This document shows, in pieces, positions 42,336 through 50,875 of a DNA stretch of 64,000 bases. Each line of letters begins with the position of its first letter. Position 1 is the stretch's first letter. The notes beneath the pieces were generated by a model. It was not told where the DNA came from. It worked only from the letters and a program-made list of their open reading frames with translations, and ran no database searches. Made by a program: the position numbers and the translations under genes. Source of the stretch: a virus (lineage: Duplodnaviria; Caudoviricetes); IMG/VR virus record IMGVR_UViG_3300037755_000886, positions 19,820 through 83,819 of that record; one strand, 5' to 3'.

Positions 42336-43997
42336 CTACGGTGAGATCACTTCGAGCGCTGCGATTTCGATGGCCTGCCATGCGACGCCGACGCTGCGAT
42401 CGACGTCGGCGACCGTGACCGCCGGCGCGCCCGAGGGGATGTCTCCGCCGAGGACCGGCGCCCAGCTGGCGACTTCGATCTCGCGGTCGATGACATCGAC
42501 GGTGAGTCCGTCGTCGGTGATCGTGACGTTCACGGCCTCGTTCACGGCCTCGGAGAGGCTGGTGGTGGCGGCGGCCACGGTGACCGGCACAGGCCCGGGT
42601 GCCGCAGCGGTGACAGCCACGGTGCCAGGCACAGCGAGCTCGACCGTGGCGGCGGTGATGGCGAGGGTGACGTGGGTGCCGGCCGGCCCGACGACGTCGG
42701 CGGTCCCGGCCAGGGTGGCTGTGACGGAGAGGGTCCCGCTGGCGGCCGTCGTCGTCTGCGCGGTCCCGGTCAGGGTGACCGTCGCGTCAAGCGTGCCGGC
42801 GGCCGGTCGGGTGACCGTCGCCGTCCCGGTGAGGTTGGCAGCGAGGGCCAGGGTGCCGTCAGCGCCAATCGCGGCGGGGATGACCGCCGCCGTGGCGACC
42901 AGGCCAGCGGTGACAGCAAGTGAACCGGTAGCAGGCCGGTCGACAGCCGCGGTCCCGGCCAGGCTGGCGGTCACGGGGAGCGTGCCAGCAGCGGCCCGGT
43001 CCACCGTGGCGGTCCCGGCCGTGACCGCGGTGACCGTCTGCGTGCCGGTGACCGGTCTCTCGACGGTGTCCGTGCCGGTCAAGGTGGCGGTGACGGCAAG
43101 GCTGCCGTCACCGGGACGGTCGACGGCAGCTGTGGCAGCCAGCGCGGCGACGGCGGTGAGAAGTCCGTCGACGGGGTGAACGGTGAGCCCGGTCCCGGTG
43201 GCCGTGGCCGCAACGGCCAGCGTCCCGTCGGCCGGCCGGACGGCTGTTGCTGTGCCGGTCGTGGCCGCGGTGACTGCGAGAGTGCCGTCGACGTTGACGA
43301 CGCCGGCGGTGACCACCGTCGCGTCACCCGTGAGCGCCGCCGTGACAGCGAGAGCCCCGTCAACGGGTCGGGCCACAGCCGCCGTGCCGGCCAGTGCCGC
43401 GGTGACGGCGAGCGTTCCGCTGGTTGAGCGGTCCACCGCGGCGGCACCGGCCAGGTCGACGATCGCCGCGAGCGTTCCGGCGGCCGGGCGGGTGACGAGC
43501 CCGGTTCCGGTGGGCGTAGCGGTGACCGCGAGGGAGCCCGAGGCCGGCTTGTCCGCGGTAGCGATGCCGGTCGCGGTGGCCGTCGAGGTGAGCGCGCCAG
43601 CGGCCGGGATCGTCGAGGCCGCCGCGCCCGTCGCTGTCGCTGTGATTGCGAGCGAACCCGACGTGGGCCGGGTGACGGTGGCTGTCCCGGTGAGGGTCGC
43701 TGTGACCGCCAAGGTCCCGGCGCCGGGCACATCCCGGGTGGTCGTCGCGGTCAGCGTTGCGGTGGCAGTCAGGGTGCCCGCTGTGGGCACATCCCTGGTA
43801 GCCGTGGCAGTCAGCGTGGCGGCAGTGGTCAGGGTCCCGGTGGCCGGGCGGGTGACGGTGGCCGCGGCGGTCAACGCCGCCGTGACCGGGAGGGTGCCGT
43901 CGGCGGACTGCTCAACGCCAGCGACCGCGGCGGGGATGATCCGGGAACGGGGCGTGACCGGGGTCGGCCGCCGCTCGACGGGCAGACGGGGGCTCAC
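42336..43997 (-). CDS. Repeat-rich virion/tail fibre-associated protein (20 x ~20-aa repeats)
   Basis: Consensus GTLAVTATLTGTATVTRPAx. Confidence 0.75.
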   Translation of the reverse strand: MSPRLPVERRPTPVTPRSRIIPAAVAGVEQSADGTLPVTAALTAAATVTRPATGTLTTAATLTATATRDVPTAGTLTATATLTATTTRDVPGAGTLAVTATLTGTATVTRPTSGSLAITATATGAAASTIPAAGALTSTATATGIATADKPASGSLAVTATPTGTGLVTRPAAGTLAAIVDLAGAAAVDRSTSGTLAVTAALAGTAAVARPVDGALAVTAALTGDATVVTAGVVNVDGTLAVTAATTGTATAVRPADGTLAVAATATGTGLTVHPVDGLLTAVAALAATAAVDRPGDGSLAVTATLTGTDTVERPVTGTQTVTAVTAGTATVDRAAAGTLPVTASLAGTAAVDRPATGSLAVTAGLVATAAVIPAAIGADGTLALAANLTGTATVTRPAAGTLDATVTLTGTAQTTTAASGTLSVTATLAGTADVVGPAGTHVTLAITAATVELAVPGTVAVTAAAPGPVPVTVAAATTSLSEAVNEAVNVTITDDGLTVDVIDREIEVASWAPVLGGDIPSGAPAVTVADVDRSVGVAWQAIEIAALEVISP

Positions 43998-44686
43998 CCG
44001 ACGTACCGGGCGACCGTCACGTCAGGTGGAGCGGCCGGGGGTGTGGTGCCAAGGACCTCGACGGCCACAAGGGCGTAGTCCTGTCCGGCGGGTGCGCCCA
44101 TCCCGAACGTCTTCGACCCGGCGGCACCAGTGTCCGCATACTCGTTGGCGTAGAACACGTAGACGACACCGGCGTCGCGCTGGTAGAGCCGTTCGCTGCC
44201 CGTGGACCCGTTGATGGAGGTCCACGTGCGCGACGCCCCGTCGTTGGATTCGAAGTCGCCGTTGGCTACCAGCAGCGCCGAGTTGGCCCCGGTCGTGGTC
44301 ACCGTGTGCGACGGCAGGGTGTCCGCCTGGTTGCGGGAGGCGTCCGCTCCGATGCCACCGTGGTCGCGGAGCACCCACACGAACATGCCCCAATTCGAGG
44401 CCGTGTTGACGTTCGATGTGATCGTCACGGACCCGGTCGAGCCCGCCTCCGTCCAGGCGTAGCCGTTCGCTGTGCGGTTCGCTACGACGACATACGAGAC
44501 GCCGTTCGTGTACGAGTTGCTCTGGGTGTCACTGGTGCCGGTCCCGTACGACATGTAGTTCTTGGCGAGCTCCCACACGACGATCAGATCGCCGACCTGC
44601 ACGGACACCGTGGTCTGTTTGGAGGTCGTGGACGTGAAGTTGGTCGCTGATTGGGTGAACGACACGATCGTCGGCGGTGTAGCCAT
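43994..44686 (-). CDS. Minor tail / fibre-associated beta-rich protein
   Basis: VSVQVGDLIVV; S/T/G/N-rich. Confidence 0.6.
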   Translation of the reverse strand: MATPPTIVSFTQSATNFTSTTSKQTTVSVQVGDLIVVWELAKNYMSYGTGTSDTQSNSYTNGVSYVVVANRTANGYAWTEAGSTGSVTITSNVNTASNWGMFVWVLRDHGGIGADASRNQADTLPSHTVTTTGANSALLVANGDFESNDGASRTWTSINGSTGSERLYQRDAGVVYVFYANEYADTGAAGSKTFGMGAPAGQDYALVAVEVLGTTPPAAPPDVTVARYVG

Positions 44687-44707
44687 CGGTCACCTCCACG
44701 ATCGGGC

Positions 44708-45493
44708 TCACTCCCAGAGATGCGCCCACGAGCGACGATGCCGGATGCTGCTGATCTGGGTCTGCGCGACTCCGTACTGCTGAGCGATATCGGCCTGCGT
44801 GCGACGGGGCACCCGCTGCAGCTCCACGACGATCTGACGGACATCGTCCTCGGTGAGCTTCGCCCGGCCGTTTCGTGATCCGGCCCGGCCCTTGCCCTTG
44901 ACGGTCGTCGCGGGTGCCAGATCGATGGAGCGACCAACCGACTCCTTGAACGAGAACCGCTCCGGCAGCTCCTCCCCAACCCGGCCAGGAAGGTTGAGAT
45001 GGGAGAACTCGCCGTACTCGGCACGGGCCGCCGCGTCGTAGACGCGGGCGGCATCCTCCTCCGACTCGTAGTACCCCAGGAACCGACTCGCCCCGTCTTC
45101 GCGAATGTGCGCCTGCCACAGCCCGGTCTTGGCATCCAGTGACACGCCCTTAAACGATGACGTGCCACCGAGTCCCGGCTTGTTGGCGATGTTCTGAACC
45201 CGCCGGGCGAGACGCAAATTGCCGCGCCGGCAGTCGAGCTTGTTCTGATTGTGATGGTCGACCTCGGCGCCCTTCGGGGTCTCTTCGGTCAGGAGCCCCA
45301 TGCGTTGGGCTACCCAGCGGTGCAGGTAGCCGCGCTTCGGATTACCGGCGTACTGCCCGACTCGCCCCTTACCGCCGCGCATGCACCATGAGATGTGCCG
45401 TGCGTCCTCATAGTCCTCGGGATCAAGGAGGATCGTCACGACGGTTCCATTGCGTTTATGGATTGTCAGGGTAGGTGTGGTCTCAAGGAGCAT
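44708..45493 (-). CDS. HNH homing endonuclease with AP2 and C-terminal HTH domains
   Basis: EVDHHNQNKLDCRRGNLR; SSFKGVS...WQAHI...LGYY..EEDAARVYD.AA; GSRNGRAKLTEDDVRQI; visibly lower GC. Confidence 0.9.
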   Translation of the reverse strand: MLLETTPTLTIHKRNGTVVTILLDPEDYEDARHISWCMRGGKGRVGQYAGNPKRGYLHRWVAQRMGLLTEETPKGAEVDHHNQNKLDCRRGNLRLARRVQNIANKPGLGGTSSFKGVSLDAKTGLWQAHIREDGASRFLGYYESEEDAARVYDAAARAEYGEFSHLNLPGRVGEELPERFSFKESVGRSIDLAPATTVKGKGRAGSRNGRAKLTEDDVRQIVVELQRVPRRTQADIAQQYGVAQTQISSIRHRRSWAHLWE

Positions 45494-45533
45494 CTACCCA
45501 GCATAGGCAGCCGCACCCATCACTATCACCGCC

Positions 45534-45971
45534 TTATTCGCGCCACGAGAAGTGCACATCCAATATCTGGCCGGCGCCGACCCACGGCACGATCCCGATG
45601 CCGTTCGCGGTCCCGGCGGGAATCACCGCGCCCTCACCCGAGAACGTCCAGATGACCCCCGACCCGATCGCCGCGCCCAACGTCGCTATGCGCAACGCCC
45701 CGGCGACAAACGTCGGGCCACCCGTGTCGGTATCGGACACGGTCGCTACCGGCGTCTGGACGTTGTCGGTCTCATACACCTCGGACATGCCCGCGCCGCC
45801 CGTGCCCGCCACCGTGAACCGGCGCAACGCGATGCACACCGCCGTCGCTGTCGTGTTGAACACCCCGACCTCAAGAAGTCGGGGCTGCACGGCCGCGGTG
45901 GCGCGCATCGACGCGGCGCACAGGGTCGTACTCCCGGCGCCTGTCGTTCGGAACGCACACGACGCGATCAC
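45534..45971 (-). CDS. Minor tail-associated protein
   Basis: GTGA-coupled start; beta-rich. Confidence 0.55.
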   Translation of the reverse strand: MIASCAFRTTGAGSTTLCAASMRATAAVQPRLLEVGVFNTTATAVCIALRRFTVAGTGGAGMSEVYETDNVQTPVATVSDTDTGGPTFVAGALRIATLGAAIGSGVIWTFSGEGAVIPAGTANGIGIVPWVGAGQILDVHFSWRE

Positions 45972-46231
45972 TTGGCGACCCCGACCGCCAGCAGCCAGAG
46001 GCCGTCGGCTGCGGGACCCGCAGGGATCGTGACGACCGTGCCCCCGATGGTGCACGCCAGGATGTGGGTGCCGGTGGTGCTGACGAGCCCGGCCCGTTTG
46101 ACGATCGTGAACTCGTTCTGCAGCTCGGCGGTGTCGCCGGCGTTCACGTTCTTGAGGCTGTAGAGAGCGGTGCGGAAGGACTGCCCGTCGGAGTAGACGA
46201 GCGTGACACGGTCGAAGTCGATGAGGGCCAT
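45968..46231 (-). CDS. Small virion-associated protein
   Basis: MALIDFDRVTLVYSDG... Confidence 0.5.
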   Translation of the reverse strand: MALIDFDRVTLVYSDGQSFRTALYSLKNVNAGDTAELQNEFTIVKRAGLVSTTGTHILACTIGGTVVTIPAGPAADGLWLLAVGVAK

Positions 46232-46233
46232 GG

Positions 46234-46629
46234 TCAGGCCGCCAGCGGTGCGAGCGAAACGGTGATGGTGACGTTGACGGTGTCGCCGGTGTTGACCGTC
46301 TTCGGAAGCGTCAGCTGTATCGACAGCAGGAAGGTGCCGGCGGTCGTCGAGTCCCACAGTGAGACGTAGCCGATGATCTCGCCGTTCGTTCCCGCCCAGT
46401 TCGTCCATGACGACGGGGCGGACACAGTCTTCGAACCGGAGGCGGCAGCGGACCACGACACCGTTGGGCGGGTCGTGACGCTCGACGGGTTGCCCGTGCC
46501 GGCCGCGCCCGGGTCGCCGGTGTTCGTGTGCAGCTTGAGGGCGGACACGGCGCCAGCGGCGAACGATGTGTTGCTGAGCGTGTCGAGCAGCTTGTTCGCC
46601 GTGGCGACGGTCGCGAGTCCAACGGCCAT
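46234..46629 (-). CDS. Phage tail fibre-associated protein
   Basis: LKLHT..GDPG.AGT.N...WSAAASGS...V.LWD..TAGTFL...KTVNTGD. Confidence 0.7.
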   Translation of the reverse strand: MAVGLATVATANKLLDTLSNTSFAAGAVSALKLHTNTGDPGAAGTGNPSSVTTRPTVSWSAAASGSKTVSAPSSWTNWAGTNGEIIGYVSLWDSTTAGTFLLSIQLTLPKTVNTGDTVNVTITVSLAPLAA

Positions 46630-46638
46630 GGCCGCTCC

Positions 46639-46833
46639 TTAGGGTTGTGCGAGGTCTTGGAGGACCGCGGCGATCTCGGGTGGCACGTCGAGGCCTTCGC
46701 TGCGGATCTGTTCGGCGAGGTCGATGAACCGGCCGAGCGGGCCGCGCACGACCTCGGCCTCGGCGGTGAAGACCAACTCGAAGCGGACACCGTCCGAGCC
46801 GGTGAGGACCGTGTCGGAGATCTGTTCGCTCAT
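46639..46833 (-). CDS. Small hypothetical protein
   Basis: MSEQISDTVL..., ATGA overlap. Confidence 0.45.
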   Translation of the reverse strand: MSEQISDTVLTGSDGVRFELVFTAEAEVVRGPLGRFIDLAEQIRSEGLDVPPEIAAVLQDLAQP

Positions 46834-47186
46834 CTCGCTGCTCCTTTGCCGGCGGCGACCACGAAGTCGCCTTTGAGCCACGTGCGCGGGACGCTGGCCT
46901 CTGTGCGGGTCAGGTCCCAGTGGCCAACGAACCGGGACATGCCCGCGGTGACCAGCCCGGCCGCTACGAGCGGCGTCATCGTCAGGCCCAGCACCTGGCC
47001 GGCCGGGGTCACCGTGATCACGGCCAGCACGGTCAGGCGGCGCTCGTCCGCGTAGACGGACGCCGTCCACGTCCCGGTCTCGAGCCCGGCGGGGACGGTC
47101 ACGGTCAACGCGCCGGCGGCTATGCCGTTGCCGGGCTCGACGAAGATCGACAGCCACCGCGCGGTGAGGTCAACGGTCGACATCAC
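46830..47186 (-). CDS. BppU-like/minor tail protein
   Basis: Beta-sandwich pattern; WDL..TE...RTWLKG.FVV. Confidence 0.55.
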   Translation of the reverse strand: MMSTVDLTARWLSIFVEPGNGIAAGALTVTVPAGLETGTWTASVYADERRLTVLAVITVTPAGQVLGLTMTPLVAAGLVTAGMSRFVGHWDLTRTEASVPRTWLKGDFVVAAGKGAAR

Positions 47187-47201
47187 ACCCCCGGGGCTCG
47201 G

Positions 47202-47681
47202 TCATGGCGGCGGTGCCAGCGGCACCTTGGGACGGCCCACCTGGCCCGGCAGGGTGGCTGCCGGGTCGCGGATCCGTGGGGCCTCGATCACGGCGTTGGG
47301 CCCGGCCGGCGCTGCCGCCTCTGGTGTCCGGATCGGCACGGCCGGTTCGGGTGCGCCCACCTCGGCGAGGAGGGCCACGAGCCCGGCGACCGCGACCGCT
47401 TGGGCGTCGGCGTCACCCGCCAGTTTCAGGTGGGGCGCGGCCAGGCTGCGTTGCACGCCAGCGACCTTGCGCCGGTCGGCTTCGGCGGCGGCCAGCATGT
47501 CGGCGGGGATGTCCGCGGTCAGGTCGAGGAGCGGCAGGTAGTAGACGCCCTCGGTGTCCTCGGCGGGCTGGTAGGCCTCGATGCGCCATGTGTCGTCGTG
47601 GCCGAGCCGCCGCCAATACGAGGCGACCACATGCAGGTCCTCGACGTCGAACGAGTGGACAGCCAACGGGACGTCAGCCAT
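47202..47681 (-). CDS. Hypothetical protein in tail module
   Basis: Position and coding pattern. Confidence 0.55.
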   Translation of the reverse strand: MADVPLAVHSFDVEDLHVVASYWRRLGHDDTWRIEAYQPAEDTEGVYYLPLLDLTADIPADMLAAAEADRRKVAGVQRSLAAPHLKLAGDADAQAVAVAGLVALLAEVGAPEPAVPIRTPEAAAPAGPNAVIEAPRIRDPAATLPGQVGRPKVPLAPPP

Positions 47682-47694
47682 GTGACCATCCTCC

Positions 47695-48231
47695 TTAGAG
47701 CGCGGCGATCCAAGCGAAGTACGCCCACGAACCAGCCCTGATGTTGAGGATCCCGCCGGACGTTTGGAAACCGGCGACCTCTATGTACTGGCCCGCCGTG
47801 AACGCGGCGACCGATTCGACGAGCTGGCCGCATTGGAAGAGCGAGAACACCTCGGCATCGGTCCCTACATCACAGTGCGGTGTGCCGGTGGCGCTCGGGT
47901 AGGTCTGGATTATGCGGATCCCTGTTGCCTGTGGATCCCACCAGATGTTCGACAGAAACCGGTACCAGCCGGCTACGGGTGCCGTGAACCGGGAGTTGTT
48001 GACGGTCAGGGAATGGCTGCCCGCGTTGTCCAAGTACTGGGCGTTGAACCCGATCGGCGTGACCGTCGTGTTCGCGGTGGAGAACGCCGTGTTTCGGTAC
48101 GCCCAGCAGGCGGGGTAGCCGGATGCGCTCGCCCCCCCACCGAACCACACATCATTGGTGGCCAGACGGTTCCAGGCGGTGACCCCGATTATGTCCCCGG
48201 CGCTCTGCGTTGGTGGCGCTGAGTACGGCAT
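47695..48231 (-). CDS. Minor tail protein with C1q-like domain
   Basis: IGFNAQYLDN...FTAPVAGWYRF...GQYIEVAGFQ. Confidence 0.65.
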   Translation of the reverse strand: MPYSAPPTQSAGDIIGVTAWNRLATNDVWFGGGASASGYPACWAYRNTAFSTANTTVTPIGFNAQYLDNAGSHSLTVNNSRFTAPVAGWYRFLSNIWWDPQATGIRIIQTYPSATGTPHCDVGTDAEVFSLFQCGQLVESVAAFTAGQYIEVAGFQTSGGILNIRAGSWAYFAWIAAL

Positions 48232-48246
48232 CGGCTGCTCCCCCTG

Positions 48247-50874
48247 CTAATACGAGAGGCGGGTGTTGGTGCCCAACGCCGAGGTCGCCAAAATCCAATA
48301 GGTGGTCGTGGACGCCGGCGCCAGATGAAACGTGGTCGACCAGTCCTCGACACCGCTCGACGCGTGATGCTCGATCCCGATGATGAACAACTGCTGGTCG
48401 ATCACCGCGCCCGTCGACGCCGGCTGATGGATGACCCGCACCCGGTCGCCTTCGGAGCGGGACAGGCACGCCTGCCACGCCCTCGTCGCCGCCGAACCGG
48501 ACAGCCCGGTCGGGCGGACCGTCACCGACCGGATCCGGGTGAACCGGGCCGACTGCTCAATGAGCAGCCATTGGGCGAGGTTCTTGGCTTCCTCATGCGA
48601 TTCCAGCAGGGTGGAGATCGAGGCGGGGATATCGCCGTAGGCGTCGATGCTGGCCTGGTCGCGGACGACGGTGTCACCGCCTCGCCACCTGACCGTCACC
48701 ACGTTCGCGGCGGGCCGGTCGTCGGACGCCAACCCGATGTCGTCGTAAACGACGCCCAACCCGAAGAACAGGGCCGCGACGTCGTCAGTGAACAGCGTCT
48801 GGGCGACCGTTGACCGGGCGTCGATCTGGCGGGCGGACCGGTCTTGGAACCCGACCTTGCCGGAGTCGTGGTGGTGCTCGAACAGCCAGCCCTGCTCCGA
48901 GTTGGCGACCAGGTCCAGGTAGTCGAGGGCCTTCCGGCCGCCCGTGTCAGCGATACCGAGGATGGTCTGGCCGACGTCGAGGTCACGGAGTGCGGCGGGC
49001 CAGCCGATCAAGTCGAGGACCCGGCCGACCCTCGCCCCCGTGTAGTCACCGTTCCCCGGCGCGGCCCCTGCCGTGTAGTGGGCGTTGACGGTGGCCTCGT
49101 CCATCTCGTAGTCGTAGAAGGCGAGTTCGTCCAAGATGGCCGGTCCGTCCCACCCGTTCGACCCGTTGATATCGATCTCGCTGAACGCTGGGATCGCGTT
49201 GATGGTCGACCCGACGAACGAGTTGAAATACGCCCGGTCAACGCCATCGATCCAGATGGCCAGGTAGTCGCCAGCAGCGTTGATCGTGCACACCACATGG
49301 TGCCGGCGACCGTCAGAGATCGTGTACCACCAAAAGGTTCCCGGTGTACCGATCGGCGCATACCACGCTCCGAGCGCCTCGGCCACGTTCGCGATCGTGA
49401 TGAACGGCGAGTCGGCGACAAGGAACTCGACAGCCCCAGGGAAGTCGCCAGTTGTGGCGAACACCCGGATGTTCAAGCCGCCGCGGGACACGATCTCCGA
49501 CCAGTCCTGCGCCGACAGGTCCAACTGGTCCACGAGCGGTTTGGGGAACTTGTCGATCTTGACCCAGAACTCGACACTCAACGGACGCAGGTGCGGCACC
49601 ACGGTCGGCGGCACCTTGCCCGCCGCGACCACCGGGCCGCCCGGCAACGACACGGCACCGTCGTCCGATTCGATCAACCCGTCGGTGGCCTTCACCTCGG
49701 AAAGCTGCGGCTGCCAGTGCCCGTGCAGGCCGTTGCCTGAGCTGTCCGTGATGACCTGCCCGATGCCGTCACCCAGCCGGTACCACGCGGTCGGTGTGTC
49801 AGCGAGGATTACGGCCCCGTAGGAGTCGGGCATCGTGGTCTTCTCCAAGAACCCGAACGGCCCGCTGGCCTTCATCGTGGTCGTGCCGGTGCGGGCCCGA
49901 TACTTGGGCGGGAACCCCGTCGTCCACCCGTTGAACAGCTCGTACCTGCGGCCCCGGTAGGGGCGGAACGCGATGACGATCGCCCTCGAGATCGCGGAGA
50001 CGCCGCCGGTCACGGTGAGGCTGGTGGCGCTGACGTTGAGGGCGCCGGTCTGAGTGCGGTAGTCGAGGACGTGACCGGCGTCGGAGCCCGTCGTCGAGAA
50101 CGTATCGAACGCCTCGCTGAAGAACTGCCCGGAGAGAGGCGCGACGCCCGTCCAGTCGTCCTGCTTCCACCCGCACACGAGGACAACACCGCCCTCGCTG
50201 ACCGTGAGAGCCGGCACGGCGATGCTCTGAGCGGACCCGTTCAACTGGGTCGCCAAGGCGGACACGAGCAGCGCCGGGTCAGCCTCGCAGTCCCGCAGCG
50301 CGATGACCTGCGCGAGGGTCGTCGCCCCGGCGACGCCACCGGTGAACGTGACCGTCGGGGCAACGGTGCTCGCCGTGGCGTAGCAGCCAAACAGGGCCAC
50401 GTTCCCGAACGCCAGGATCGTGAACCAGCCGGCGGGCTCGTCGACCGTGCCCGTGCCCGAGTTGCGGATGCTGGCGAAGCACACGAACAGGTCCCGGTCA
50501 ACCAGCGTGCCCGCGGGCAGCGCCGGAGCCAGCGAGGCGTTGTCCCCGGAGGCGAGCGCGCCCGCACCGACATAGGTGACCGCCGCCGCGCCGTCGAACT
50601 CGTCGTACTCGACGACGAGCTGTGCCTTCTTGCCGGGCGTCAGATTCGGGTAGTAGGAGCCGCTGGCGTTGTTCGGGTCGTACAGGCGCGGCTCGGCTTT
50701 CGGGGCCTGCAGTACGGCGGTCAGCGTCCCCGGTGACACCCCGTCCAGTTCGGACTGGCGGCCCGTCACGACGTCGAGCTCGGCGAGGTCAGCCTTCGGG
50801 ATCGTCGAGTAGCTCGGTGTCGCGAACCGGGACGTGCCCGGCGAGAACTTGAGGCTGACCGTCGGGTAGGCCAT
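48247..50874 (-). CDS. Minor tail (hub/fibre) protein with LamG-like domain
   Basis: TAWYRLGD..G..I.DSSGNG.HG, SVEFWVK, HHVV, LDELAFY; follows tape measure. Confidence 0.8.
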   Translation of the reverse strand: MAYPTVSLKFSPGTSRFATPSYSTIPKADLAELDVVTGRQSELDGVSPGTLTAVLQAPKAEPRLYDPNNASGSYYPNLTPGKKAQLVVEYDEFDGAAAVTYVGAGALASGDNASLAPALPAGTLVDRDLFVCFASIRNSGTGTVDEPAGWFTILAFGNVALFGCYATASTVAPTVTFTGGVAGATTLAQVIALRDCEADPALLVSALATQLNGSAQSIAVPALTVSEGGVVLVCGWKQDDWTGVAPLSGQFFSEAFDTFSTTGSDAGHVLDYRTQTGALNVSATSLTVTGGVSAISRAIVIAFRPYRGRRYELFNGWTTGFPPKYRARTGTTTMKASGPFGFLEKTTMPDSYGAVILADTPTAWYRLGDGIGQVITDSSGNGLHGHWQPQLSEVKATDGLIESDDGAVSLPGGPVVAAGKVPPTVVPHLRPLSVEFWVKIDKFPKPLVDQLDLSAQDWSEIVSRGGLNIRVFATTGDFPGAVEFLVADSPFITIANVAEALGAWYAPIGTPGTFWWYTISDGRRHHVVCTINAAGDYLAIWIDGVDRAYFNSFVGSTINAIPAFSEIDINGSNGWDGPAILDELAFYDYEMDEATVNAHYTAGAAPGNGDYTGARVGRVLDLIGWPAALRDLDVGQTILGIADTGGRKALDYLDLVANSEQGWLFEHHHDSGKVGFQDRSARQIDARSTVAQTLFTDDVAALFFGLGVVYDDIGLASDDRPAANVVTVRWRGGDTVVRDQASIDAYGDIPASISTLLESHEEAKNLAQWLLIEQSARFTRIRSVTVRPTGLSGSAATRAWQACLSRSEGDRVRVIHQPASTGAVIDQQLFIIGIEHHASSGVEDWSTTFHLAPASTTTYWILATSALGTNTRLSY

Positions 50875-50875
50875 C

